A DNA stretch of 64,000 bases from Planctomycetota bacterium (GCA_040755855.1 JBFMAD010000002.1:1-64000); one strand, 5' to 3'. Counted from the first letter of the stretch, positions 38,267 to 48,428 are shown. Notes: generated by a model from the letters alone, not told the origin. Made by a program: numbers and translations.

Positions 38267-39631
38267 ATGATCTCGAAAGTCATCATGCCCAAACTGGGCC
38301 AGACCATGGAAAAGGCCACGGTCGAAAAGTGGATCAAGAAGGAAGGCGATACGGTCGCCAAGGGCGACGTCCTCCTCGAAATCACCACCGACAAGGCCAC
38401 CCTCGAGGTGGAGTCCTATTGGGAGGGGACGCTGCTTAAAATTATTGTCGGCGAGGGCGTCGAGGTCCCGGTGAACCACGTGATTGCCGTCGTCGGCCAG
38501 CCCGGCGAGGAGATCCCCGCCGACATCGCCGTTCCGCCGCCGGCCCCGGCCGAGGAGGCGCCCAAGCCCGCGCGTCGGGCGCCGTCTGCCGCGCCCGCTC
38601 CGACGCCGACACGGCCCTCCCCTGCGCTTGCGGCTGTTCCCATCGCATCTTCCCATGCGCCCGCCCCGCCCGTGGCTGTGATGCCGGAACGCGCCTTTTC
38701 CTCCCCCAGGGCCCGGCGGCGGGCGGAGGAGGAAAAGGTGGCAATCGAGTGCCTGACGGGGAGCGGGCCGAACGGGCGCATCATCGAGCGCGACGTGGAG
38801 GCATACCTGGAGCGCACCGCCGCCGTGCGCATCACGCCCACGGCCAGGGAGATTGCCTTCCGGCGCGGCGTGGACATCCTCAAGGTTCGCGGCAGCGGGC
38901 CGAGCGGCAGGATCATGAAGGCCGACGTCGCCGGGGCCGTCCCCGCGCGGGGCGAGCGGGTCGAACTGACGGCCATGCGGCGGGTGATCGCGGATCGGCT
39001 CTCCTACAGCTTCCGCGACGTGCCGCACTTCTACCTGATGATGGACATGGACATGACAAAAGTCGTCCCCTTCCGAAAGAAGTTGAACGAGGCAGGGACG
39101 ATCCGCATCTCTTTTAACGACATCCTGATGCGGGCCTGCGTGTTGGCCTTTGAAGCCTCGCCCGGCATGAACAGCGCCTGGCTGGGCGATGCGATCCTCC
39201 GGCGGCCCGATATCAACATCGGCCTCGCCGTTTCGTTGGACGGCGGCCTCATCGTGCCGGTGGTGAAGTGCGTGCAGATGAAGACGCTGGAGCAGATCGC
39301 CCTGGAGAGCGCCGACCTCGTCACGCGGGCACGCGGCAAGAAGCTGACCCCCGACGAGTTTGAGGGGGGATGCCTCACGATATCGAACCTGGGCATGTTC
39401 GACGTGGACGCCTTCGTGCCGATCATCAATCCCGGCGAGAGCGCCATCCTCGGCGTCGGGCGGATCACCGATAAGCCGGTGGTGATTGACGAGAAGATCG
39501 AGATCCGGGCGATGATGACGGTGACGCTGTCGGGCGACCATCGAACGATTGACGGGGCGCAGGCGGCGACGTTTCTGAAAAAGATCAAGGACGCCCTTGC
39601 CGAGCCTGAGATGCTCCTTGAACAGCCCTGA
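38267..39631 (+). CDS. 2-oxoacid dehydrogenase E2 (dihydrolipoamide acyltransferase)
   Basis: Lipoyl motif TDKA, two GSGP.GRI...DV subunit-binding domains, ISNLG and DHRTIDG. Confidence 0.92.
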   Translation: MISKVIMPKLGQTMEKATVEKWIKKEGDTVAKGDVLLEITTDKATLEVESYWEGTLLKIIVGEGVEVPVNHVIAVVGQPGEEIPADIAVPPPAPAEEAPKPARRAPSAAPAPTPTRPSPALAAVPIASSHAPAPPVAVMPERAFSSPRARRRAEEEKVAIECLTGSGPNGRIIERDVEAYLERTAAVRITPTAREIAFRRGVDILKVRGSGPSGRIMKADVAGAVPARGERVELTAMRRVIADRLSYSFRDVPHFYLMMDMDMTKVVPFRKKLNEAGTIRISFNDILMRACVLAFEASPGMNSAWLGDAILRRPDINIGLAVSLDGGLIVPVVKCVQMKTLEQIALESADLVTRARGKKLTPDEFEGGCLTISNLGMFDVDAFVPIINPGESAILGVGRITDKPVVIDEKIEIRAMMTVTLSGDHRTIDGAQAATFLKKIKDALAEPEMLLEQP

Positions 39632-40703
39632 GAAAAGACTTCTGTCTGCGGCGCTGGCCGCCGGCCTCCTCTGGTCGGCGTGTGGGATGACGTCGGATCG
39701 GGAGATCCCGGCGGACGCCGTTGCGCGGGCGCGGGAGCTGCTGCGCGGCGTGACGGGGGGTCTGTCGGTCCCCGACGACCTGTGGGGCGGCCCCGTGGAG
39801 CCGGAGAAGGTGGAGCAGCTCACGATGATCCTGGAGCGCACGCGGACGAGGGCCCAGGAACGCGCTGCGGCAGATATGGCGGCGTTCGAGGCGGAGGATT
39901 TTGCTCGCCTCTTCGATCCGAAGGCGACGTGGAGCGATGAGGAGATGGAGGTGATCGTTGCCGCAATCCTCCATAGGCAGAAGGCGCCGAGCGGCGCCCT
40001 GGACCTGCTGGAGCGGGCAGCCTGGGACGAGCAAAGGCTCCTGCGGGTGCGGGCGGCGGCGGCGACGGCCGCGGCGCGTCTGGGCAGACGGGGCGTGGCG
40101 CCGGCGCTGCTGTTCGCGGCGCGGGTGTCCAGCGAGCTGGTCGCGGCCGTGGACATCCTCCTCGACGCGGTGGGCGAGAACCGGGAGGCGGACCGCGCCC
40201 GGTTGATGCGTTTTCGGGAGCGATGGTGCGGCCTTCTCGATCGGGTGGAGGGCGAGATGCGGCGCGGCGCCAACACGGAGGGGCTGCCGAAGCTGACGCC
40301 GGGCGACTGGGGGGCGTTGGCCCGATGGGAGGCATGGGGGGCGGGGTCGGAAAAGGCGCCGCCGACGCGAGGAATCGTGGAGGACGCCTATGGGGTCCGC
40401 ATCTGGGTGGAGCGGGAGGGGAACACGGAGGCCGATATGCATGGACAGGCGGAGAGCATCCTGCTGGAGGCCGTAAAGGAATATGTAAAGGCAAATATCG
40501 GCAGAGTGGAGGTGAGGCGTCTCTCGGCGGACGTGATCGGCGCGACGCGGCGGCTGTCGCCGATGGAGGGCGGGCGGCGGCTGCTCGTGAATGTCGGCCC
40601 ACTCGTGAAGGAGTATTCCTACGACGCCGATGCGAAGAGCTGGCAATGCGTGAAGAGTTATCGGCTGTTGGACAGTGTGCGACATGTTCCGGAGTGGCCG
40701 TGA
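39597..40703 (+). CDS. Hypothetical helical protein, possibly secreted or a lipoprotein
   Basis: In operon orientation; hydrophobic LLSAALAAGLLWSAC segment. Start uncertain. Confidence 0.55.
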   Translation: MPSLRCSLNSPEKRLLSAALAAGLLWSACGMTSDREIPADAVARARELLRGVTGGLSVPDDLWGGPVEPEKVEQLTMILERTRTRAQERAAADMAAFEAEDFARLFDPKATWSDEEMEVIVAAILHRQKAPSGALDLLERAAWDEQRLLRVRAAAATAAARLGRRGVAPALLFAARVSSELVAAVDILLDAVGENREADRARLMRFRERWCGLLDRVEGEMRRGANTEGLPKLTPGDWGALARWEAWGAGSEKAPPTRGIVEDAYGVRIWVEREGNTEADMHGQAESILLEAVKEYVKANIGRVEVRRLSADVIGATRRLSPMEGGRRLLVNVGPLVKEYSYDADAKSWQCVKSYRLLDSVRHVPEWP

Positions 40704-40716
40704 AGATGCTAACTCG

Positions 40717-40742
40717 TGGATTCCCGCTTTCGCGGGGATGAC
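40717..40742. repeat. CGTC/dRS3-like palindromic repeat
   Basis: TGGATTCCCGCTTTCGCGGGGATGAC; one mismatch to the copies at 57012 and 58306. Confidence 0.85.
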
Positions 40743-40788
40743 GATGGCCGAATGGCTGCGCTGGAGACCAATCCGAGGAGGAAGATCA

Positions 40789-41361
40789 TTGGCGCGTTAC
40801 GTGAAACAATGTGGCGTGATTCCTGTGGCGATATGGATGTTGCTGGCCGCCGGCTGCGCGAAGCTGGAGACGGTGGAGGACGCGGGCGGGTTGGCCGTTC
40901 AGCCGGAGCCGGCCTCCCCGGCTGAGGAGGCAAAGAAGAAACCGGATATCGTGCTGGAGGATATCATCCCGCTCAAGTTCCTGCCGGAGGAGAAGCCGGT
41001 CTCGTACGTTACGGAGACGGTGCTGAAGGCTCGTCCGGTGGATAAGGATGCGGAGGCGCTGCGCCTGATGCTGAGCAAGATCGGCAGCGCGCGCGTGCTG
41101 CTGAATCAGTACAACACGGATCTTGCGCCGCGTTATTACCAGGGCCATGACGAGACGATATATGTGATCAAGGGCCACGGCATCCTGATCATCGGCGAAG
41201 ATCGGTATGTGGCCAAGCCCGGCGGCGTATTTGTGATCCCGCGAAACGAGGTTCACAGCCTGATCAACACGGGTGAGAAGCCGTTTGTCGCCCTGGTGGT
41301 TCAAACCCCTCCGCCCCTGGGCGGGGATATGATGCCTGTGCGCGAAAAGAAGGAGCAGTGA
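40789..41361 (+). CDS. Cupin-domain lipoprotein
   Basis: AGGAGG then TTG; lipobox LAAGC; HDETIYVI.G.G and PG....IP....H...NTG cupin motifs. Confidence 0.75.
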   Translation: MARYVKQCGVIPVAIWMLLAAGCAKLETVEDAGGLAVQPEPASPAEEAKKKPDIVLEDIIPLKFLPEEKPVSYVTETVLKARPVDKDAEALRLMLSKIGSARVLLNQYNTDLAPRYYQGHDETIYVIKGHGILIIGEDRYVAKPGGVFVIPRNEVHSLINTGEKPFVALVVQTPPPLGGDMMPVREKKEQ

Positions 41362-41362
41362 G

Positions 41363-41896
41363 ATGCAGGACGCCGTGCGTTGGATCATGTGTGTCATGGT
41401 CGTGTTTCTCGCGGCAAGCGTCGCCCTTGCGGACGGAACTTGCGCCAAGTGCAGGGAGAAGGTCGAGTCGGAGCGGTGGAATTTCTGCCCGTACTGCGGG
41501 ATGAAGCTGGGCCAGACGGAGGGCGGCCCCCCGGCGGCGGGCCTGCCGTCGCCGCGGGAGGGATATGAGCCGGTCAGTTGGGACAAGGTCCGGTTTGAGA
41601 AGAAGAAGTATCACAATCGGAAGGTGAAACTCACCGTTCGCTACACGGGGATCGGCCACTTTTTCGCCCCAGCGGAGGCGATGGGGGTTACGGATGCGAA
41701 CTTCATTAACTTTTCGTTCATGGGGAATCGGACGAACTATGTGGACACGAAGAAGACGCAGCTTGTCGAAAAACTGAAGGGCCTCCGGCCCTATGCCACG
41801 CTCATCATCTACGGTCTCATCAAGGTCCAGGAGGACGTCTACGGTCGGGGAGACGACGTATATGTAGTGCTTGTGGATGATCTGGACGTCGAGTAG
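41363..41896 (+). CDS. Secreted protein with zinc ribbon
   Basis: Signal peptide; CAKC..FCPYCG. Confidence 0.65.
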   Translation: MQDAVRWIMCVMVVFLAASVALADGTCAKCREKVESERWNFCPYCGMKLGQTEGGPPAAGLPSPREGYEPVSWDKVRFEKKKYHNRKVKLTVRYTGIGHFFAPAEAMGVTDANFINFSFMGNRTNYVDTKKTQLVEKLKGLRPYATLIIYGLIKVQEDVYGRGDDVYVVLVDDLDVE

Positions 41897-41907
41897 CGCG
41901 GGGGCCG

Positions 41908-42747
41908 TCAGCGCGCGTGCGCCGGGTGGGGGGATTTTCGCTTGAAGGCGCAGACTTCCGTGAACTTGCCGGGCTCAATCTTCACCGTCCAGTCGTCCAC
42001 GATTCGGTGGACGAGGTTCAGCCCCGATCCCTGCGAGGGGGCTTTGCCCTCTTCGGGGGTTTGGCGGTACTTCTGGTAATCGAAGGGTCTGCCGCAGTGG
42101 TCTCGCACGCAGAGGGCGATGGCGTCGGGGCCGACGAGCACGCGCGCGTGAATCCGCGAGGCGCCGTATGAATCGGAGCCGTGATGGAGGGCGTTGCTGA
42201 AGATTTCGTCGGCGACGATCTTTATCATGTGGCAGTCGAACTCCTCGAAACCGGCCTCCTCTGCGAGTTTTTCGCAGGCGTCGCGGAAGTGGGCGACGTA
42301 GGAAAACCGGGCGGGGAAGGTGAACTGCACGATGTCTGCGTTCTGAATATCGGGAAGGCTAAGCGGCTCGGACTCGACCTCGGCGGGGAGTTCATCGGCG
42401 GGGTCGAGCCGGTTGCTCTTGATGAATTCCTCGATGGCCTCGCGGTCGCCGTCGGCAAGGGTCCGGAATTTGCACATAAAGACCAGATCATAGCCGCTGA
42501 GGAAGGAGGGTTCGGAGGCAACGGCCTCGGCCTCAAATGGGCCAATGCTGCCTTCCCCGCCGCTGGCGGTGACCTGCATTTGTGTGCCGGGAGGGGCGAC
42601 GTCCAGATCGGAGGAAGCGAGAAAGCCGCAGAGGCCTGTGGTGCTTACGTCGCGGACGATTCCGTTGAAGGAACGGCCGTCCTCCAGCGAGACGAGCAAA
42701 TCCGCGTTGCATCGAAGCCGACGCAATGCCTTACTTCTTGGCAGCAT
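41908..42747 (-). CDS. PilZ-domain / RsbW-like anti-sigma kinase fusion
   Basis: N-terminal RDVSTTG (DxSxxG); C-terminal EIFSNALHHG, VRDHCG and GSGLNLV..IVD (HATPase_c). Confidence 0.75.
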   Translation of the reverse strand: MLPRSKALRRLRCNADLLVSLEDGRSFNGIVRDVSTTGLCGFLASSDLDVAPPGTQMQVTASGGEGSIGPFEAEAVASEPSFLSGYDLVFMCKFRTLADGDREAIEEFIKSNRLDPADELPAEVESEPLSLPDIQNADIVQFTFPARFSYVAHFRDACEKLAEEAGFEEFDCHMIKIVADEIFSNALHHGSDSYGASRIHARVLVGPDAIALCVRDHCGRPFDYQKYRQTPEEGKAPSQGSGLNLVHRIVDDWTVKIEPGKFTEVCAFKRKSPHPAHAR

Positions 42748-42780
42748 GTGCGCACTTCTCCGTTACGACAAACCCACCGG

Positions 42781-43134
42781 TTATTGCTGGCCCTGCGCGG
42801 CCAGGGCTTCGGCTTCCGAGTCATACACAGGCACGAAATAGTGTCCGCCAAGCAGCTCGAAGACGCCGCGAACGTAGGGGTGCATTCCCGCGAAGCACAG
42901 CTTCTTTCCGGATTCCTTTACGGAATGGCTGATCGAGATGATCTCGCCCACGCCCGCGCTGTTGATGTAATCAACGCCGGACATTGACAGGAGAAAGAGC
43001 TCCTTGTCGCTGGACGTGATGACACTTGCGATGTACTCCAGGTCCTTCGAGGAGTCCATCGTGCCGGTGATCTCAAAGATCAAGGCCGGGGGGGATTGAA
43101 TTTCCCTGACGCTGACTGTTACGTTTGCGCTCAT
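42781..43134 (-). CDS. STAS anti-sigma factor antagonist
   Basis: VDYINSAGVG phospho-Ser motif; VFELLG; ESEAEAL-type C-terminus. Confidence 0.88.
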   Translation of the reverse strand: MSANVTVSVREIQSPPALIFEITGTMDSSKDLEYIASVITSSDKELFLLSMSGVDYINSAGVGEIISISHSVKESGKKLCFAGMHPYVRGVFELLGGHYFVPVYDSEAEALAAQGQQ

Positions 43135-43154
43135 GGCTTCAGACGTTTACCCGT

Positions 43155-43733
43155 TTACTTGTTCTCTTCTTTGGCCAGCGGATGGTTCTCTTTGATCCAT
43201 TTCGCCACGCCCTTTGCTACCCCCTGGCCTACTGTTTCAGCCTCGTTGAATGTGGTCTTCACGACCCCCCGCACATCCACTCTCCCAATGATGTTCCCCG
43301 ACTCCTTGTCAACCAGCGAGACGCGCGCAATCAGCACGCATTCCCCGCTCATCCCCAGCACGCGCTCATTCACTTCCCCCGGATCGTAGTAAACGACCTC
43401 GCCCTGAACCGCCAGCGTCCCCGCGGGCGGTTGATTCGCCACGGTCGTCGCCACCAGGAACAGCTTCGTCTCCTCAAGATCGGTGGCAATCTCATGCGCA
43501 ATCGAGGTCACGATCGGAGAAGGAGCGAGATGCGGGATCTGCTCCGTGAATGGGAGAACTTCCACATTTTTATACTTCCCCAGGGCCCCCTCAGGCACGA
43601 TCGCCTGAATCTCCTTGAACCGACCCGCCGGCCCATTCGTCCCGCTGTCCCACGACTGCGCGCACCACATCACACACCCGCTCAACGCCATGCACAGCAC
43701 AACAACGGCAGGGACTCGGCTCAGCCTTTTCAT
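43155..43733 (-). CDS. Lipoprotein (DUF4410-like)
   Basis: Lipobox LSGC; L.VQGEVVYYDPG...RVLG...ARV.LVD..SG pattern. Confidence 0.6.
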   Translation of the reverse strand: MKRLSRVPAVVVLCMALSGCVMWCAQSWDSGTNGPAGRFKEIQAIVPEGALGKYKNVEVLPFTEQIPHLAPSPIVTSIAHEIATDLEETKLFLVATTVANQPPAGTLAVQGEVVYYDPGEVNERVLGMSGECVLIARVSLVDKESGNIIGRVDVRGVVKTTFNEAETVGQGVAKGVAKWIKENHPLAKEENK

Positions 43734-43793
43734 CTTTTCTCTCCCTCCCAATCACCAGACACTTCTTTACACCCCATCTCGAAAGACACGGCG

Positions 43794-43822
43794 ATTATAG
43801 CCTTTTCCCAAAGACCCGTCAA
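43794..43822 (-). promoter_or_regulatory. Sigma70 promoter for the lipoprotein-STAS-PilZ/anti-sigma operon
   Basis: Minus strand TTGACG-17 bp-TATAAT. Confidence 0.7.
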
Positions 43823-44084
43823 GCGAGAATATCAACTTTTTTGCACAATTTCCGCGCCGCGCCCCAAATTGCCGAAAGACCCGTCTACGGACCGCCGGCC
43901 CACGAAAGATCGCGCACGCAACGGCAAAATTGGAGAAACGGAAAATCGCCGAAAACAGCGCTCAGAAGGGTATCCTCCGCTGCTGCACACGTCTTGTCCG
44001 GTTCGCCATAATCTCCGCGAAGGATGGTTCTGCGGAGCAAGCGCCGACGGCGCCGCGCCGCCGCGCCGGGTCATGCTACAAGTC

Positions 44085-44159
44085 TGGAGCCCGCGGTCGG
44101 ACTTGAACCGACAACCTCAGCATTACGAATGCCGTGCTCTACCGTTGAGCCACGCGGGC
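44085..44159 (-). tRNA. tRNA-Thr(CGT)
   Basis: Reverse complement GCCCGCGTGGCTCAACGGTAGAGCA-CGGCA TTCGTAA TGCTG-...GGTTCAAGTCC..GCGGGCTCCA. Confidence 0.96.
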
Positions 44160-44181
44160 GCGCGAGCTCCAATACCAGTTA

Positions 44182-45864
44182 TTATATCCTACCCGATCTT
44201 AGAATTGCAAGCACTAACCAGGCCCCCAAGAGCGCCGCGAATAAAAATCCCACGGCGCCCAGCGTCGAAATCTCCGAAATCTGAATCTTGTTCGCAATAA
44301 TCAGCGAAGACCCCACGATCATCGCCGCCAAAATGACGCCCAGCGTCAACCGGTTCCCCGTCCGGTCCAACTCGCGGATGAGATCCTGCAGCCCCTCGTG
44401 GCGAAAGGCCAGCTGCAGCCTCCCCCTAAGCGCCTGCTTCAAAAGCCGGCGAAGGTCGCGGGGCAACTGGCTGGCCAGATTCGACATATGCCACAAACTC
44501 ATGCCGACCGATTTCGCCAACTGCGCCGGGGAGAGCCGCTCCCGGATGAGCGCCGCCGCATGGGGCCGCGCCGCGTCGGCCAGATTGAAATTCGGGTCGA
44601 GCTGCTGCGCCAGCCCCGTCACCGTCACGAACGAGCGCCCCAGGAGCACCAGATCGCGCGGCAGCACGATCCCGTGCCGCCGCACAATGCTCATCACCCG
44701 CGCAAACGCCTCCCGCATGTCTATCTTCTGCACGGGGATGCCGTAGAAGGTCTCGAACAGCTCCGCCAGGTCCGACCGCAGCTCGGACATGTTGCTGTCG
44801 TCGGCGATCACGCCGATGTCGGAGAAGATATCCACCACCACCTCGAAGTTTCGCCTCGACAGCGCGATGAAGAGAGTGGCAAGCTGGGCCTTCAGTTCCG
44901 AATCCAAATACCCCACCAGGCCGAAATCTATGACCCCGAGCCGCCCTTGCTCGTCTATCAGCAGGTTCCCGGGGTGTGGGTCGGCGTGGAACATCCCCAG
45001 CGTGAAAAATTGCTCCATGAATAGCGATGTGATCTGCTCCACCAGCCGTTTCGGATCGGCCCCCATTTCGCGGACGCGCTCGACGCCCGATATGCTCACC
45101 CCCCCAATCCGCTCCAGCGTCAGGACGCTGGAGGTAGTATACTCCCAATAGACGCGGGGGATTCGGATCGAGTCTCGCCCCGCGAAGTGCTCGCAGAACC
45201 GGGCGGTGCTGCTCGCCTCCGTCACGAAGTCCAACTCGCGCCGCATGGATCGGGCGAGCTCCTCCGTGAGCATCACCGGACGGAAGACGGCCAGCTCCGG
45301 CACCGTCTCCGCCCGCTTGGCCGCCATCATGAGTAGGTCAATATCGCTGAAGATAACCTGCTCGATGCCCGGACGCTTCACCTTCACCACCACATCGGTG
45401 CCGTCAATAAGGCGCGCCTTGTGGACCTGACCGAGGGAGCCGGACGCGACGGGCGTCTGGTCGAACTCGGAGAAGTTCTCCCGAATCGGGGCGCCGAGTT
45501 CCCGTTCGACGATCTGCATGGCGAGCTCGCCCTCGAAGGGCAGCACGTTGTCCTGAAGCCGCCTCAACTCGCGGGCGAAGTCCTCGGGAACGATATCCGG
45601 CCGCGTGGAGAGCAACTGGCCGAGCTTGACGAACGTTGGGCCGAGCTCCTCCAGCACGCGCACCACCCGCCGGGCCAGAGTCTCGTCCTCGGCAAGTTCC
45701 TCCGTCGGCGCGGAGGGCTCCCGCACCCGCTTGGGCAGGGGGACAAAGCCCTGCAGGTTGAGCTGATGAACCAGATGGCCGAATCCATGTCGGATCAGTA
45801 TCTGCGCGATCTGGGTCAGCCGCCGCAGCCGGCGCGGCGTCTTGTAGATGCCGGTGATAGACAC
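44182..45864 (-). CDS. ABC1/UbiB family atypical kinase
   Basis: LGPTFVKLGQ.LSTRPD, ASGSLGQVH, VVKV.RP, FHADPHPGN and IDFGLVG motifs; C-terminal TMs. Start uncertain. Confidence 0.92.
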   Translation of the reverse strand: MSITGIYKTPRRLRRLTQIAQILIRHGFGHLVHQLNLQGFVPLPKRVREPSAPTEELAEDETLARRVVRVLEELGPTFVKLGQLLSTRPDIVPEDFARELRRLQDNVLPFEGELAMQIVERELGAPIRENFSEFDQTPVASGSLGQVHKARLIDGTDVVVKVKRPGIEQVIFSDIDLLMMAAKRAETVPELAVFRPVMLTEELARSMRRELDFVTEASSTARFCEHFAGRDSIRIPRVYWEYTTSSVLTLERIGGVSISGVERVREMGADPKRLVEQITSLFMEQFFTLGMFHADPHPGNLLIDEQGRLGVIDFGLVGYLDSELKAQLATLFIALSRRNFEVVVDIFSDIGVIADDSNMSELRSDLAELFETFYGIPVQKIDMREAFARVMSIVRRHGIVLPRDLVLLGRSFVTVTGLAQQLDPNFNLADAARPHAAALIRERLSPAQLAKSVGMSLWHMSNLASQLPRDLRRLLKQALRGRLQLAFRHEGLQDLIRELDRTGNRLTLGVILAAMIVGSSLIIANKIQISEISTLGAVGFLFAALLGAWLVLAILRSGRI

Positions 45865-45907
45865 GCCCTGCGCCTTCAAAAAAACCGCCGATTCGCCCTT
45901 CCGCCGC

Positions 45908-47413
45908 CTATTCGCTCTTGATCTGGTGCAACGCGCGCTGTGCGGCGTCGCGCACATGGACATCATTGTCGGTCAGCGTATTGACGAGGACCGGCATGGA
46001 GGAGTGGTGGCCGATAGCGCCCAGGGCCAAGGCCGCGTGCGCCCGGACCTCGGCCTTGGGGTCCGGGGCCTTGAGCACGCCGTTCAGCGCCTCCGCGGCC
46101 TCCTGGTTGACCTTCTCCCGCATGGTGCGAATCCGCTCCGCGGCGGCTCGAAGCTCCGCATTTTCCTGTTTCAACGCCAGGACGATGCCGGGGATGGGCT
46201 CTCTCGCCCCGATCCTGCCGAGCGACTCGGCGGCGGCCTCGCGCACCTCCCACACGGGATCGCGCAGGGCCTTCACGAGGGCCTGAAAGACGATCCCCCC
46301 GATCTTGTCGCCCATCTTTTGTAGGTCGTCCAGCGCCGTAGTTCGCCTCTCGGCGTCCGCCTTGCGTTCGGCGTCCACATCAGTCAGGTCGGAAAGCTTT
46401 GGCGTCGCCTTCTCGAAGAGCTGAGGGATCGCATCATGATCGTCGCGGTCCCAGACGAGGCGTTCGATGATCTTGCCCAGCAGCCAGGCGGCGGAGGCGC
46501 GGGTGCGCCAGTTGTCGTCGCCCGTGGCCTTGGCGAGGCCGTCGAGGGCCGTGTGGTCGCCGATGGTCGAAAGCAGCGATACGGCCCGCTCGCGGCTCCG
46601 CCAGTTGTCCTCGTTGAGCGTTTCAATCAGGGCGGGAATCGCATCGCGGCCGATGCCCACCAGGCCCTGCGCCGCGGCGGTCTCCACGTCTTCTCGCTCA
46701 TCCTTCAACAGGTGAATCAGGGCGGGCACGGCCGTCTTGTCCCCCACCCCCCCCAGAGCGATGGCAGCGGTGCGTCGAAGCTCGGGATCCTTCTCCTTCA
46801 GCGCCTCCACAAGGGGACCGATCGCCGACGGCGACCCGATCTCTCCCAGGGCCGCGGCGGCGCGCACCCTCACCGCAGGATGGGTATCCTTCAGGGCGCG
46901 GATCAGGGCGGGAGGCGTCTTCTTTTCGATTTCAACGACCATCTCCCTCAGAACATCGAACCAGCGCTGCTCGATCTTCTCGCGCACGTCCTCCGAGAAG
47001 TCGTCTTTCAGCGCCTCCAATGTGGGGGGAAGGACCTCTTCGCGCAGTTCCGTGCGGATCTCCGACCTCAGCGCCTCGATGATCTCCGCAGCGGCGGCCC
47101 GAATCCGCCAGTTCTCGTCTTGCAGCGCGGCGATGATACGGTCCACCTCGGGGGGATACCGCCCCGCTTTGAGCAGGTCGCTCACTACGGTGCGCACATC
47201 GTCGCTGCTGCTCTTGTTCTGGAGCACAGCGAGGAGGTCCTGAAAAGCATACCGGTCCCAGCGCCTGTCGAACAGAACACGTGCGACCTCGTTCGGGTCA
47301 TCCACCCGCTCCTGCGCCGGCGCGACGGCGGCGACCCCAAGCAACGCGCACGCGACGACGCACAGGGCGGCCAGGCGCCTCATCTCCCTCTCCAATGCTC
47401 TGTCGGTGGTCAT
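45908..47413 (-). CDS. HEAT-repeat secreted protein
   Basis: Repeated L.D....VR..AA.ALG.IG; signal-like N-terminus. Confidence 0.85.
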   Translation of the reverse strand: MTTDRALEREMRRLAALCVVACALLGVAAVAPAQERVDDPNEVARVLFDRRWDRYAFQDLLAVLQNKSSSDDVRTVVSDLLKAGRYPPEVDRIIAALQDENWRIRAAAAEIIEALRSEIRTELREEVLPPTLEALKDDFSEDVREKIEQRWFDVLREMVVEIEKKTPPALIRALKDTHPAVRVRAAAALGEIGSPSAIGPLVEALKEKDPELRRTAAIALGGVGDKTAVPALIHLLKDEREDVETAAAQGLVGIGRDAIPALIETLNEDNWRSRERAVSLLSTIGDHTALDGLAKATGDDNWRTRASAAWLLGKIIERLVWDRDDHDAIPQLFEKATPKLSDLTDVDAERKADAERRTTALDDLQKMGDKIGGIVFQALVKALRDPVWEVREAAAESLGRIGAREPIPGIVLALKQENAELRAAAERIRTMREKVNQEAAEALNGVLKAPDPKAEVRAHAALALGAIGHHSSMPVLVNTLTDNDVHVRDAAQRALHQIKSE

Positions 47414-47419
47414 GCGATT

Positions 47420-48337
47420 TTATTCTCCCAATTCTTGCAACGCCTTTTTGGCGGCGTCGCGCACAAGGACGCTGATGGTCCGCTTCTCATCCGCGCACAT
47501 CTTCAGCGTGGGGACGGCCTTGCGGTCCCCGATCTTTGCCAGGGCCTCAATGATCGCCACGCGGATGGTCGGCGGGGTGTTCTCGGGATCGTACCTCTTG
47601 GACTCTGCGTCCGGGATTCCCCTCGTCAGAAACGAGCACAGCGGGTCCACCGCCCGCTTGCTCTTTATCTTGCCAAGGGCTGTCGCGGCCGCCTTGACCA
47701 GGTCCACATCGTTCGGGTTGATCGCCTTGACCAGGGCGTCGGCGACGGATTCGTCGCCTACCTCCCCCAGCGCCCGGGCGCACGCACGCCGGACAGCCGG
47801 CGGCGTCTCCCTGGCGGACAACATCTGGATCATCTGCGGCGCGCCGGGCCTGCCTGCCTCGCCCAGGAGGCCGAGCGCCATGGCCGCATCGCAGCGCACA
47901 TCTGCTTCGGAGTCGCCAAGGCACTTTGCCAGGGCACCCGCCGCGGTTGCGGCTCGAAGCTTCCCCAGCGCCGTCGCCGCGCACCTGCGCACCCTCGCGT
48001 TCGAGTCCGACAACAGCTCGATGAGTCGGGGAATGGACCCCTGGTCCTTCATCTTCCCCGCCAGCACCGCCGCCATGGCCAGGCCCGTCCCCTGCTTTTC
48101 ACGAAGAGCCTTTCGGATCGCGGAGAGGGCGGCAGGGCCGTAGGCCACAAGGCGATCAACGGCCTCGATGCGGATTTCCTCCAAATCGGAGTCGAGGTCC
48201 TTGATATACCCCCCGATGCGAATCGTTCTCAACAGGAACCAGCCGCCCCCCGCGATAATCGCCAGGGCGATCAAGACGATGAGCGCGATCTTTAATTTTC
48301 CCTGGCCGTCCGATTCCTGGTAACTGCTCTTGACCAT
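47420..48337 (-). CDS. HEAT-repeat membrane-anchored protein
   Basis: GGAGGAGG RBS, N-terminal TM, HEAT repeats. Confidence 0.85.
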   Translation of the reverse strand: MVKSSYQESDGQGKLKIALIVLIALAIIAGGGWFLLRTIRIGGYIKDLDSDLEEIRIEAVDRLVAYGPAALSAIRKALREKQGTGLAMAAVLAGKMKDQGSIPRLIELLSDSNARVRRCAATALGKLRAATAAGALAKCLGDSEADVRCDAAMALGLLGEAGRPGAPQMIQMLSARETPPAVRRACARALGEVGDESVADALVKAINPNDVDLVKAAATALGKIKSKRAVDPLCSFLTRGIPDAESKRYDPENTPPTIRVAIIEALAKIGDRKAVPTLKMCADEKRTISVLVRDAAKKALQELGE

Positions 48338-48428
48338 CCGTCCTCCTCCCGACCTGCTCAGGCGGGCCATGCCGTGAGGGTGCTATTCTACTCCGTCGGG
48401 TGCAGGCTGTCAATGCCCGATTCGAAAC

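Noticed and set aside
40675..40788. dRS3-like repeat apparently translated at the cupin N-terminus (WIPAFAGMT)
   Set aside because: The RBS and signal peptide place the start at 40789, so the repeat is intergenic.
43920..43960. Weak periodic GGAGAAAC/GGAAAATC-like pattern downstream of tRNA-Thr
   Set aside because: Too degenerate to distinguish from chance.
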